Notes under the pieces: generated by a model
What the model was told of the DNA's origin: nothing
Databases searched by the model: none
Seen by the model: the letters and a program-made list of their open reading frames with translations, nothing else
Source: a virus
Taxonomy: Duplodnaviria; Caudoviricetes
Length of the DNA: 64,000 bases
IMG/VR virus record: IMGVR_UViG_3300029288_007102
Span: 32,001-96,000 of that record
Reading direction: 5' to 3' (one strand)
Program-made: the position numbers and the translations under genes
Shown: piece by piece, positions 38,601 through 49,302 of the stretch
Numbering within the stretch: position 1 is the stretch's first letter
How the letters are laid out: the number at the start of each line of letters is the position of its first letter

Positions 38601-40040
38601 ATGGCAACATTCTCTCAAATAGTTACATCAATGATAAACTATATTTTAGGTAAAAAGCCGGATGTGGACACAAGTGTCGGCACAGTACTAAGAGATGTTA
38701 CGATAGAATGTCCGGCAAATGAGATAACGAATCTTTATACAGAGATTGATACGACAAGGGAAATGATAGCTTTTTACGATAATGCCTCCCTTTTGACTAC
38801 TGATCAATTAGATAGTATTGCTAATAATTACGGTCTAACCAGATCTTCGGCAACTACCGCAACGGGGCAGGTAAGGTTTATAAAATATACTATCCCCACC
38901 TCAGATATAGTTATTCCGCAAGGGACCATTGTTTCAACAAGCTCTACAACAAACCAAACATCTGTCAATTTTTATACTCTTTCTCAGATAACAATGTCTG
39001 TTACAAGTTATATATACGATTCTGTTAGGGCATATTATTATGTTAACGGGGACATACAATGTACTGCTGCCGGGTCCTCCGGGAACGTAGCAGCAGATAC
39101 CATAACAACTTTCTCGAGTTTAGCCGGAATTGATCTTGTTTCAAATATTCTTCCGACAACTGGGGGGTCTGACTCCGAATCAAATGCTAATTTGGCCGGG
39201 AGAATAAGAACCAAATTGATGGGGAATAATTATGGGACAAAGAATGGGTATATTAGTCTTGTTAGCACTATAAGCCCTATAGTAGAAGTGATGGCTGTTG
39301 GGCCAAATGATCCTGGAATGCTTAGGAGTGAATATGGCGGAAAAGTAGATGTTTTTGTGAGACCTTCTTCTTATTCGGCAGGATTGGTATCAGAATCGGA
39401 GAATATTGTCTTTGTGTCTGGAACAAATACCTATGTGTTAACTTATCAACCGATTAGAGTCTCAAGCTCGGCAACGGTTACTGGAACTTATTTAGGAAGT
39501 GCTCATACTTTTGTTGAAACTTCTGATTTTGTTCTTTCGGCGGATACTGGCCAAGAATCTGGGTCTAATAGGGCAGCAGATAGTATTTCTTGGGTAGGAA
39601 ATAAACCAGATGATGGTACTGTCTTCACTATAACTTATAATTCTGTTGGGTATATAGCTACAGCTCAAGATTTGATAGATGGAGACACTTATCATATTTT
39701 AACGGCAGATGCTCTTGTTAGGGAGGCTGAGAGGGCTCTTGTCGATGCAACAATTTCTATAGTTAAACTGACAGGATATACTTTAACTTCTGTTTCTAGT
39801 TCGGTCACTTCCGCTTTTACAAGTTATATCACGGCATTGCCATTAGGGAGCAATTTGGATGAAAGTGATATAGTAAACGCTATTTATGATAATGCGATTG
39901 GGGTTGATTCTGTAATTCTTCCCTTTACTTTATTCCAGAAAAGAGATCTCCAGGGAACACATGTAGACGTTGACGGGAGAATAGAGGCTAGTAAGGGGCA
40001 ATATTTTGGAGTGGGGACTTTAACGATTTCTGTGAGGTAA
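38601..40040 (+). CDS. Baseplate J/gp47-like wedge protein
   Basis: GTVLRD, LD.IA.NYGLTR, IPQGT, GSSGNV, GGSDSES, GKVDVFV. Confidence 0.85.
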   Translation: MATFSQIVTSMINYILGKKPDVDTSVGTVLRDVTIECPANEITNLYTEIDTTREMIAFYDNASLLTTDQLDSIANNYGLTRSSATTATGQVRFIKYTIPTSDIVIPQGTIVSTSSTTNQTSVNFYTLSQITMSVTSYIYDSVRAYYYVNGDIQCTAAGSSGNVAADTITTFSSLAGIDLVSNILPTTGGSDSESNANLAGRIRTKLMGNNYGTKNGYISLVSTISPIVEVMAVGPNDPGMLRSEYGGKVDVFVRPSSYSAGLVSESENIVFVSGTNTYVLTYQPIRVSSSATVTGTYLGSAHTFVETSDFVLSADTGQESGSNRAADSISWVGNKPDDGTVFTITYNSVGYIATAQDLIDGDTYHILTADALVREAERALVDATISIVKLTGYTLTSVSSSVTSAFTSYITALPLGSNLDESDIVNAIYDNAIGVDSVILPFTLFQKRDLQGTHVDVDGRIEASKGQYFGVGTLTISVR

Positions 40041-40730
40041 ATGATGTCTATAGACTATAAATTGTTTAATCTGTGTGATCATTATATGATAGAGGAAGAG
40101 CTAGTCATATCAGGTCTTACAGCAACATTAAAATATACCTCCAATAAGAGTCTAAATCAGATGGTTGTTTTTAGAAAATATTGGGGGACGGAGATTGTTG
40201 GGTGGACTTTAGGGGCAGATGCTAAAACTATAACTTTTGTGTCAGGTTCTATTATAACAGACACAACAATTTATCCTCAACCGATTTATCTTTGCAATTA
40301 TACTGCAAATCAGATCTTCTGCCCAAAATGCCAAGGATCATCTGTCATGAAGGACATGAAATATTCTTCTTCAGGATTAATAGATGAAGTAGCAGATGCA
40401 GAAAAGTTAAAGCAATATTTAAAGAAGGCTATTATAACAACTATTGAGAGTAATTCTTTCCATGAAGATTATGGTACTTATTTATCAAGTTTGATAGGAT
40501 ACAGAATAACTCCACAAATGATTGTTAAGATGAACTTTACTATAGATCAGATGGGGGATTCGTTAAAAGGGTACCAGAACGACTCTTTTAACCTTAATGA
40601 TAAAGAAATAATTTATAGTATCTCTAATATAAAAATTGAGCAGACAGATGAAAGAACTTTAGGGGTAAATATAACAGTAACAAATAAAGAGTATGTTGAA
40701 ATTGAGACTTATATTGAGGTGCTTTTGTGA
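40041..40730 (+). CDS. Baseplate wedge protein (gp25-like)
   Basis: CDH..CPKC; KLKQ..NSFHEDYGT motif. Confidence 0.7.
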   Translation: MMSIDYKLFNLCDHYMIEEELVISGLTATLKYTSNKSLNQMVVFRKYWGTEIVGWTLGADAKTITFVSGSIITDTTIYPQPIYLCNYTANQIFCPKCQGSSVMKDMKYSSSGLIDEVADAEKLKQYLKKAIITTIESNSFHEDYGTYLSSLIGYRITPQMIVKMNFTIDQMGDSLKGYQNDSFNLNDKEIIYSISNIKIEQTDERTLGVNITVTNKEYVEIETYIEVLL

Positions 40731-41545
40731 AGAAAGGGAAGATTGGTGCTGTTATCACTTATTATGAAAAACCAAAAGAATTATCTTATGTTTTAACTTC
40801 TTTAAAAAAACAGACAAAGAAGTTGTATGAAATTGTTGTTGTAGATGATCAATCCTCAACAGACTTTGGGGAAAAATTATGTAAAGAGATGGAAATAAAG
40901 TATATAAGACAGGAATATCCGACTAAGGAGTTCCGGGCTGGGCAAGCAAGAAATAAAGGATGGAAAGAATTAGATTCTGAGTATATTCTTTTTGTTGACG
41001 GTGATATTTTATTAGATAAGGAATATGTAGAGAAAGCTTTAACTTATCTTAACAATAACCCTGGAGATATGATTTCTGGTGATGTGATTATGTCTATTCC
41101 TGTTTCTGAAATCGAAAAAAAAAAGGTAGGGGATTTATTTTTAAAAAAAGTAAGTGAAAATTTGGAAATCCGAGATCTTCATTGGGATTTTCTTGGATCA
41201 AATCAGTTTGTTATCTCAAGAAAGATAATGAAGAAGTATGGCGGATTTGATGAGAATTATTATGGTTGGGGAGAAGAAGACACAGAATTGTTTTATAGGT
41301 TTTTTAAGGATGGGGTAAAAATAAAACTTAATCCTGAAATGAAAGCGTTGCATTTTGCTCATTCCAATAATTTTGCGTCTCATATGAAAACTATAAGAAG
41401 GAATGCTGAATATACAATAAAGAAACATCCAGAAATGAAAGATATGGCAAGAAGAGCTTGGTATTATTTTCATACTTTTGACACTTCTATTTCTATTAGA
41501 GGAGATAAGCCAGATTTTTTGTTGCCTATTGAGAGGAAAACCTGA
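40727..41545 (+). CDS. Glycosyltransferase family 2 embedded in the baseplate operon
   Basis: VVDDQS, ARNKG, FVDGD, GGFDENYYGWGEEDTEL. Confidence 0.85.
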   Translation: MKKGKIGAVITYYEKPKELSYVLTSLKKQTKKLYEIVVVDDQSSTDFGEKLCKEMEIKYIRQEYPTKEFRAGQARNKGWKELDSEYILFVDGDILLDKEYVEKALTYLNNNPGDMISGDVIMSIPVSEIEKKKVGDLFLKKVSENLEIRDLHWDFLGSNQFVISRKIMKKYGGFDENYYGWGEEDTELFYRFFKDGVKIKLNPEMKALHFAHSNNFASHMKTIRRNAEYTIKKHPEMKDMARRAWYYFHTFDTSISIRGDKPDFLLPIERKT

Positions 41546-44280
41546 TGAAATTTTCTAGTCCAGAAAGATTGACGAGGTCTTATCAAATAGCAAAATATCC
41601 TTCTATTGTCAGAGACAATGAGAATAAATTTATTGTTGCCTGGCAGGATAATAGAAAATTTGAGAGATTTAATATATACGCTAAGAGGATAAATGCCGAC
41701 AATTCTATTGTTTGGGATCAAAAATATTTTACAAATCAACATTATGATTGTGTTTTTCCAGATATAGCAGTAGACCAGAATAATAGATCTCATATCGTAT
41801 ATGTCGGGTTCCGGGGGGATTTGGGTTGGACTACAAAGTATGATGGCGATGTTTTGCCGGATTCTATTGGATGGGTTGCTGGAGGGAGCGGGGCTGGAAG
41901 TTTTGGGTCAGTTTCTGATGGCATTCTATCGATAGCTCCATACAATGTTACTGGTTTTTGGAGGTATTATTCGTACAACTGGGCCGCATCATATGCAACA
42001 GGATATCGTGTTGATATGAAATTTAAGATGGAGAAGTTGTCTTCAGTTTATACTGACAATTCTTTTGTGACATTAGAACTTAAAGATGGGACAAGGGTTT
42101 TTCGTGTAAATTTCCATCATGATAGACTTTCTATTCAATATGCTATATCGCCTATTCGTTGGTATGTATACTATCATGATTTTTATGAATGGAGCACTAT
42201 AAGGGTCGAGAAGGCAGCTGGGACGAATGTTTACGGTATATATTTAAATAACATTCTTATAAAGACGATAACGATACCTCTTTCTTCTTCCTCTAACTCT
42301 ATTGCTTTTGGATATCAAACGGGATATTCCGGCCCTCCTTTCCCGGATCCTTACAATGCAATAGCAAAATTTGATTATGTCTATTTTTGTACAAGCGGGC
42401 CAATATTGACGGGGAGTTCGGAAACATCTGATCTTGGGTATGTGAGTTTTGATGAAAATGGGGAGAATGCGTCAAGTACAATATTAAATACTGCAACCGA
42501 TTACACTAACTCTTATCCGATTATACAAGTCGGATCGGATAATAAATTATATGTTAGTTGGCAGATGTCCGAGAGCGGTGGTTATGAGGTTTATGTCCAA
42601 AGATTTAATAATGATGGCTCTATTGATGCAGGTTTCCCTATTCCGATAAAGGTTTCTAATGCTGGAGTTGTTGCTGGGGCAGTACGGTATCCGCACGATA
42701 TGGTTCTTGATTCTGATGATAATTTTTATGTAGTCTGGAATGATAATCGAGTTGGGGCAGATTTTGTCTATGGAAGAAAATGTGATAAGGATGGGGTGAT
42801 GTTGACAGCAGAACTTTTGCTTCAAACAATACCTATCCCAGGATATGCTCCAAGATTGGTTTTAGATTTAAGTGGGAGGATAAATGTTGTCTGGTCTGGT
42901 TTATCTGTTAATAAATATAACATATATTTTAAGCGATTTGCCTCTGATTTTTCTTATGTAGGGACAGACAGGGATGTGACTATCACATCTTCTTACGCTC
43001 TCTATCCTGATTTGTTTATAGATTTAGAGGAAAATATCCAAATAGTTTGGCATGAATTTGCTGAATCTTCCGGTTATTATGTTTATTTTAGAGCATTAGA
43101 TAAAGATCTTAATATAATAACTCACAAAAAAAGGTTAACATGGTTGCCTGGAGATAATAGGTATCCTAGAATAGTAAACAATTCTATTGAAATTGCTAGC
43201 GTAGAGGTACAAGATTCTTCTGGGCCTCCAATAAAGGCTCAATTTGTTGGGTATGGGTTAATAGGTGGAATTAAAAGAAACAATGGTGATAATATTTTTG
43301 TTACTGAAAACAGCGATATAACTATAACTGGACAAAATACCCCCGTTTATGTTTATAGGAGAGCGGATGCAACAACAACTACAGGAACTTTAATAAAAAC
43401 TATAGCAGTAGGTGAAACTATTTGGACAAATGTCCCCCCTGGATATTATTTCTTTAGGACTCCGGATGCATATGCTTCTGCCGGGATATTTACCCTCACC
43501 TATAATGTTAGGGATTCTAAAATTGTGTACCACAGCGACATGGGGTTTGCGTATAATTATGAGATATACGATATCCAATCAGCTGCGGAAGGTAATGTTT
43601 CTTGCGAATTTAAGAGATATTTGTCTGCATCTGACACTTCTTTTGTCTGGAATGCGATTGCGTTGCCAGAAGCATCATCTCCAGCTTGGACAGTAACAAC
43701 TACAGTGGGCCCTGATCCTGTTTGTGTTGGTGGAGAGATGTATAATGCAGATTTGTCTATAGTATCTTATAGGGACTGGAATATCCAAACCTCATTGCTT
43801 CCGTCAATATTGGCTGATAGTTTTGATTTTAAGGTAGAAATGAAAGCTGGCCCAGGAGGTGGGACATCAAACCAATATAGTTTTTATGTTTCTGATGGGG
43901 CAAATTTTATAATGCAAATTTACCTGTTTGATTTTGGGACATATAATTTAGAGATGTTTTTTGGGTATTCTGGGGGGTATGGGGATTTTTTAAGTCTTCA
44001 GACTACTACTTCTATCACCTCTAACCATATTTATACTATTAGTTTTAGAAGGCCAAATGTCGAGTTTTTGATAGATGGGGTGGCAATTTATACGGGGATT
44101 TGGGATCATATTATAAGCGAGGATTATCTTGTAGGGGATATGTTAGTTAGCATGGAGCCAGGTGGCTCGGCAATGTCGGGTTATGTAAAGAGTTTTAAGT
44201 TAGAGAAATCTACTACAGTTACAAAGTTTGTTCCAAAAATAGAGAATGCTAGTTCATATTCAAGTACAATTAAGTATTAG
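41545..44280 (+). CDS. Large baseplate/fibre protein with beta-propeller-like repeats and lectin-like inserts
   Basis: Repeated P.I..D.....VVW.D motifs; YDGDVLP..GW lectin-like domain. Confidence 0.6.
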   Translation: MKFSSPERLTRSYQIAKYPSIVRDNENKFIVAWQDNRKFERFNIYAKRINADNSIVWDQKYFTNQHYDCVFPDIAVDQNNRSHIVYVGFRGDLGWTTKYDGDVLPDSIGWVAGGSGAGSFGSVSDGILSIAPYNVTGFWRYYSYNWAASYATGYRVDMKFKMEKLSSVYTDNSFVTLELKDGTRVFRVNFHHDRLSIQYAISPIRWYVYYHDFYEWSTIRVEKAAGTNVYGIYLNNILIKTITIPLSSSSNSIAFGYQTGYSGPPFPDPYNAIAKFDYVYFCTSGPILTGSSETSDLGYVSFDENGENASSTILNTATDYTNSYPIIQVGSDNKLYVSWQMSESGGYEVYVQRFNNDGSIDAGFPIPIKVSNAGVVAGAVRYPHDMVLDSDDNFYVVWNDNRVGADFVYGRKCDKDGVMLTAELLLQTIPIPGYAPRLVLDLSGRINVVWSGLSVNKYNIYFKRFASDFSYVGTDRDVTITSSYALYPDLFIDLEENIQIVWHEFAESSGYYVYFRALDKDLNIITHKKRLTWLPGDNRYPRIVNNSIEIASVEVQDSSGPPIKAQFVGYGLIGGIKRNNGDNIFVTENSDITITGQNTPVYVYRRADATTTTGTLIKTIAVGETIWTNVPPGYYFFRTPDAYASAGIFTLTYNVRDSKIVYHSDMGFAYNYEIYDIQSAAEGNVSCEFKRYLSASDTSFVWNAIALPEASSPAWTVTTTVGPDPVCVGGEMYNADLSIVSYRDWNIQTSLLPSILADSFDFKVEMKAGPGGGTSNQYSFYVSDGANFIMQIYLFDFGTYNLEMFFGYSGGYGDFLSLQTTTSITSNHIYTISFRRPNVEFLIDGVAIYTGIWDHIISEDYLVGDMLVSMEPGGSAMSGYVKSFKLEKSTTVTKFVPKIENASSYSSTIKY

Positions 44281-44288
44281 GAGATCTT

Positions 44289-46445
44289 ATGGCTTGGAGA
44301 GGTTATGAGGCAGATGTTCTTCCGGAAAATGATGGGTGGGAGATAGTACAGACATCTGGGGATATAACAAAACAAATAACTGGTGGGGCTTTTGTTGTTA
44401 CTGGAGATGTGGGTGGCATTTTACGATATGACAAGAAAACGTTTATTTCTCCGACTGCAACATTAGGTCTACAATTCCAAATTAGAGCGAAGAAAACTTT
44501 AACGACTATTGGCCATAATTCTCCGGGGATAGAGTATATAGTTAATGGCCTTGTAGAAGGAAGTTATCAGGATTATAAGATAAGTATAGGTCTTACAACA
44601 TCATCTGGTTCCTATCAAATGATTGTGTTTAAGGTAGGGCTTGCTGATGAGTCTGATATACAAACTGTTCAAATTGTCGGAGATGTAGCAAATTGGCATA
44701 CTTATCGGGTAGAATTCTTAGATAACACCCCATATGCGGTCATTAATTGTTATATTGATGATTTTATTGTCGGGACAAGTGTTACGGCCTTAAGTTTTCC
44801 TACAGATATTCAATCGGAATATTTTAGGATGATAGTAGATCCGATAGACAATACGGATACTATAGAAATAGATAATATCCGGTGGTTAGTCTTTGGTTTG
44901 CCTGCCTCAACTATGCCTGGATTAGGGGAAGATGAGCTTATCCCCTCCTTAGTTAACACTCGGGTGATTTATTGGGAGATTCCGGACCCCTATCTTGTGG
45001 ACATAGATGCAATTAAATTTGAATTGCAGGTTGATTCGGCAAACACATTTGATACTTCAAATTTGAGGACATATTATTATAACAGTTCAACAGATAACAA
45101 TATAGTGAGTTACCAAAATGGGAGATTGATTAAGGCTTTTGAGGTCCCAATTCCATTTAGACAAGATAGTGGGGAATTAACTTATTATTATAGGGTCCGA
45201 GCAACAGGAGCTTATACTTCGGCAGAATGGTCTACAATAAATTCTTTTGTGGTGGATCAAAAATATGAAGACTCTTATGCAGAAGATATGTTTGATAATC
45301 TTGCAGATAGAAATGCCTACAGTAAGGAAAATAAAGATTCTAATATTTACCAAATTATGCAGATGTATGGTCATGAATTTGATCAAACAAAATTAGAAAA
45401 TTTATTGACAGAATATGATATGACTATAAAAGAATGTCGGAATGCTCAATATCAAGCTAATTTTGGTAGGCTTGTCAATTTCAATAAAAGTGATGATTTT
45501 GTTTGGGCTGAATATAGGGAAATTGTTAAGGTCCTAATTGATGCCTTTTTGCATGGGGGGACGCCTTATGCAATCAAAAAATTTGTAAAAATCTTGACAG
45601 GGCAAGATCCTTACATATTAGAGTATAGAAAAGATTTTTCTGGGTGGACATTGGATTATAATTATATCCATTTTCCGAGAAGTTTTGTGGTAGGAGATAC
45701 GAGATCGTCAGAATGTTTCAGTCTTACGGTTACTCCTGGAGTTGTTTACACCTTAGGGGTGGCGACACTTGGTGCTGCAAACAGGTGGATTGTTGATAGT
45801 TTAGAGTATACTGGTATTGCTGGCACTTCCTTATTGTTGTCTATAATTCACCCGGCTGGATGGTATTATATAAAATGGAATGGGACAGCATTTGCTCTAG
45901 AGCCCTATAGTCAAGATGTTGCTTTTGGGTATTCTGGTGTTATTTGGGCGGTCTATTGGAGTGGAAATGCGGTTATGCAAACAATAGACATGAGAAATAT
46001 TTATAATCCAGAATTTGGTGGTGGTACTTCTATAACTTATCCTTCTTACAATCTCTTTTTGACCCCGCCTATAAAACTTTATAGTGGGTATGAAATAGAT
46101 CATGGATGTGAGATTCATATTGGGGATCCTTTCCAAATTTTTACGAATGCAATAGCGAATCCGGTAACTTCTACTTCTACTACAATTAACTCAATTTTTA
46201 CGACCTCTAAATTCCCGTCTTCCGGTTTTCTTTATATAGACGGGGAAATTATAAAGTATTCTGGTTCTGCGACGACTAGTTTTACTGGATGTACCCGAGG
46301 AGTAAATGGGACAGTTGCTTACCCTCATAATATAGGAGATACTATAGTTAGAGGCGATTACCATGAATTATTTGTAAAATTTATAGAATTAATTAAGTCG
46401 GCAAACGTTAAAATAAATTATGTCTATCACTCAGAAGCGATATAA
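44289..46445 (+). CDS. Baseplate wedge/fibre-attachment protein
   Basis: YYYRVRA FN3 motif; YRE..HGGTPYAI (gpI-like); FPSSG..TGCTRG domain. Confidence 0.6.
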   Translation: MAWRGYEADVLPENDGWEIVQTSGDITKQITGGAFVVTGDVGGILRYDKKTFISPTATLGLQFQIRAKKTLTTIGHNSPGIEYIVNGLVEGSYQDYKISIGLTTSSGSYQMIVFKVGLADESDIQTVQIVGDVANWHTYRVEFLDNTPYAVINCYIDDFIVGTSVTALSFPTDIQSEYFRMIVDPIDNTDTIEIDNIRWLVFGLPASTMPGLGEDELIPSLVNTRVIYWEIPDPYLVDIDAIKFELQVDSANTFDTSNLRTYYYNSSTDNNIVSYQNGRLIKAFEVPIPFRQDSGELTYYYRVRATGAYTSAEWSTINSFVVDQKYEDSYAEDMFDNLADRNAYSKENKDSNIYQIMQMYGHEFDQTKLENLLTEYDMTIKECRNAQYQANFGRLVNFNKSDDFVWAEYREIVKVLIDAFLHGGTPYAIKKFVKILTGQDPYILEYRKDFSGWTLDYNYIHFPRSFVVGDTRSSECFSLTVTPGVVYTLGVATLGAANRWIVDSLEYTGIAGTSLLLSIIHPAGWYYIKWNGTAFALEPYSQDVAFGYSGVIWAVYWSGNAVMQTIDMRNIYNPEFGGGTSITYPSYNLFLTPPIKLYSGYEIDHGCEIHIGDPFQIFTNAIANPVTSTSTTINSIFTTSKFPSSGFLYIDGEIIKYSGSATTSFTGCTRGVNGTVAYPHNIGDTIVRGDYHELFVKFIELIKSANVKINYVYHSEAI

Positions 46446-46457
46446 GGAGGATGTATA

Positions 46458-48041
46458 ATGGTTGATGTTAAAATGAAAGGGACAGATTACTTCAGTGGCC
46501 AGAAAGTTTATGTGGAGGATTTAAGTCGTGATTCTAAGGGTCTTGCTGAAGAAATAGGTGATCATTTAAGGGATATAGTCCATTCTACGAGATCTTCAAC
46601 CCCTCCGGTGACATTGCCTGACGATACGATTATGTCTGGTATAGTTCATGATATGCGTGACGATATTCATTATATAGATACATATGGTGGTGGACATGAT
46701 TTTGCGTTAACGAGATCCTCAACTTATACGACCAGGATAAATGTTGGTTCTGGGTTAGCATATGATAGGTATGGGAGAAGAATTTATATTTCAAGTAGTG
46801 AGAGTGTAGAATTTAATGCGGCTAACCCGTCAGCTACCCCTTCTCAATCTACAGGGAATATAGATATAGATTTAACTGCTGCTGGCGGAAATGGAACGGG
46901 AACTGATTGGAATTATATTTATATAAAGTGGCTAGAAGTAAAAAATACAGGAATAACGGCAATAAGCCAAGTTGATGGGACTTTACATTATATCGCAAGA
47001 GAAGATGGATATAAAATAATTGCCGGAATCGGAACTTCTTATATGCCTGCTACTTTTTTATCTGTGGACGCCAATAAAGATTATGTTTATATTGGGGCAG
47101 TGCAAGCCAATAGTGGTTCTGCTTTAAATACGGCAAATATAAGAAATGATGTTGCCAATAGGCAATATTTAGGGGTATCCGGAAACCATATTAAGGCAAG
47201 AACGCCGAATACTACTGGAGATAAGCCTACCTCTGCTGAATATACCCAGAATGTAATTGTAACTCTTGAACAACATATCAGGGCGGTAGAAAATCCAGCA
47301 TTAGTAACTCCTGATAATCCTCATGGGATGGTTGTTGGTGGGACTGGTGATCATAAAGTTATGGCTTCGTCAGGAGATCCTACGCCAGATTATTTACTTG
47401 GAAAAGTAGATAATGTTACTATGGATATTGTAGCAAATAAGCTTGCAATAAAAGCATTAGGTGTGAATACAGCTCAAATAGCTAATAGTGCTGTTGACTC
47501 GTCAAAAATAGCAGTTGATCAGGTGAAGAGTCAACATTTAGAGGCGATTGTTACTGGACCTCCAGGATCATCTACTGTTAAGAGAACTCATTTAGATAAT
47601 AGTGGATCAACTACTTATATTGGTGCTTTGGTAAATGGTAGTAATGCAGATAGTTTACATTTACATGCAGGTACACTTATAACTTATGGTAAGAATGCTG
47701 TAAATACATCAAGCAATCTTGCGTCAGGAACTCACTCTCTAGTTTCTGTTATTACCCCAGCTGTTTCGTCAAATGATAGGATATATATATCTACTCTGTG
47801 TAGCACAAATGGTGGTGGAGATGGGACTTTACATAGTATGTATATCACTGTAGACGGAGTAGCTGTATCAGATGCGATACCATTTACGGGAGCTAGTGTG
47901 ATGGGAGCTGTATCTATGTCTGTGATGGCGACAGTCTCTTCTGGAGCACACACATTGACGCTTGTTTTTAAACAGAATGGGGGATCAAGTGTCACAGTTT
48001 GGAGAGGTGTGATAAATTATATGATCTTTGGTCATTCTTGA
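46458..48041 (+). CDS. Tail fibre protein
   Basis: G.AYD.YG.RI, DNPHG, IANSAVDSSKIA repeats. Confidence 0.65.
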   Translation: MVDVKMKGTDYFSGQKVYVEDLSRDSKGLAEEIGDHLRDIVHSTRSSTPPVTLPDDTIMSGIVHDMRDDIHYIDTYGGGHDFALTRSSTYTTRINVGSGLAYDRYGRRIYISSSESVEFNAANPSATPSQSTGNIDIDLTAAGGNGTGTDWNYIYIKWLEVKNTGITAISQVDGTLHYIAREDGYKIIAGIGTSYMPATFLSVDANKDYVYIGAVQANSGSALNTANIRNDVANRQYLGVSGNHIKARTPNTTGDKPTSAEYTQNVIVTLEQHIRAVENPALVTPDNPHGMVVGGTGDHKVMASSGDPTPDYLLGKVDNVTMDIVANKLAIKALGVNTAQIANSAVDSSKIAVDQVKSQHLEAIVTGPPGSSTVKRTHLDNSGSTTYIGALVNGSNADSLHLHAGTLITYGKNAVNTSSNLASGTHSLVSVITPAVSSNDRIYISTLCSTNGGGDGTLHSMYITVDGVAVSDAIPFTGASVMGAVSMSVMATVSSGAHTLTLVFKQNGGSSVTVWRGVINYMIFGHS

Positions 48042-48115
48042 TTTTAGAATGATCGACCAAATATAGATATTTATAAATTAATCAAATGAACTAATCGAAA
48101 AGGAGATTATAAATA

Positions 48116-49291
48116 ATGATTCTCAACGAATGGAAGAAAGATCTTTGGAAGAATTATAATTTAGATTTCAGAAAAGTCATAGGATACGAATTAGGGGGTG
48201 ATTATGGGAGGCTCCTTAAAGAAACGATGGAGTTGTTTGATCGTGGTTCATATGCCCATCTGATATTAAGAAACAATGCTACATTAATTGGGCAGAATAT
48301 CATAAATATGGCTGGAACTGTAAGTTTAGATGAAGAAGAAACTTTGTTAATGAATTGTGATTTAGTTGTAACTTCAGATACAGGACTGTGCGATCTTTTG
48401 AATAAAAAGAATCGTAGAGTCCTGTTTTTGTCTACATCGAGTCTTAGTTCTTTTGAATTTTTGTCTAAGGTTAGAGAAATTGTTGAGTATGGAGTTTACA
48501 AAAAATTAAATGTTGTTGGGATGGATTGGGATGTAAATACCACACTAAATAATTTTAATAAGGCAGTCGTAGTAGAGAAAGTGGAGGCGAAAGTTTTCCA
48601 GGAGAAAAAAGAGCTTTCTAAGTCTATCGGGATTGTTATGCCGTTATATAATCAAGAGAAGTATGTAGGGAAAACCATAGAAAGTCTATTAAGGCAAACT
48701 TTTAAAAATTGGAATCTTTATGTGGTAAATGACGGCTCATTAGATAGGTCTAAGGAGATTGTCGACTCTTTTAATGATAGAAGGATTGTTTCTGTAAGCC
48801 ATATGAAGAATATGGGGATCTCTGCTGCGTTAAATACTGGCTTTAAATTGGCCAAGGAACCTTATCTTACGTGGATTTCCGGAGATAATATTTATTATGA
48901 AGATTGTTTTAGTGAAATGTTAAATGTAATGATGTCGACAAGAAATGTAGAGTTTGTTTATGGGAACTATGACATTATTGATAAAGATGATAATTTTTTA
49001 AGAAGTGTGACGAATTTGCCATATGACCGGAAACAGCTTTTGGATAGTTATAATTTAGGGATCTGTTTTTTATTTACAGAGCAGATAAAAAAATCTGCTG
49101 GCGAGTATAGGGCGGGATATGCCCAAGATTATGACATGGCTGTAAGAATGTCTCAGTTTGGTCAATTTTATAGATTGGATAAATCTTTAGGGGCGTTCCG
49201 GCAGCATGAAGAACAAGCTTCCACTAAGAATGTTTCTGGTGATACAAAAGAAGTCAAAGAGCTTGCAAAGAAAGTGATAAAAAATAGATAG
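48116..49291 (+). CDS. Glycosyltransferase (GT9-like fragment plus GT2)
   Basis: VVTSDTG; MPLYNQ, VNDGS, ALNTG, QDYD. Confidence 0.8.
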   Translation: MILNEWKKDLWKNYNLDFRKVIGYELGGDYGRLLKETMELFDRGSYAHLILRNNATLIGQNIINMAGTVSLDEEETLLMNCDLVVTSDTGLCDLLNKKNRRVLFLSTSSLSSFEFLSKVREIVEYGVYKKLNVVGMDWDVNTTLNNFNKAVVVEKVEAKVFQEKKELSKSIGIVMPLYNQEKYVGKTIESLLRQTFKNWNLYVVNDGSLDRSKEIVDSFNDRRIVSVSHMKNMGISAALNTGFKLAKEPYLTWISGDNIYYEDCFSEMLNVMMSTRNVEFVYGNYDIIDKDDNFLRSVTNLPYDRKQLLDSYNLGICFLFTEQIKKSAGEYRAGYAQDYDMAVRMSQFGQFYRLDKSLGAFRQHEEQASTKNVSGDTKEVKELAKKVIKNR

Positions 49292-49302
49292 GAGAGAATG
49301 AA

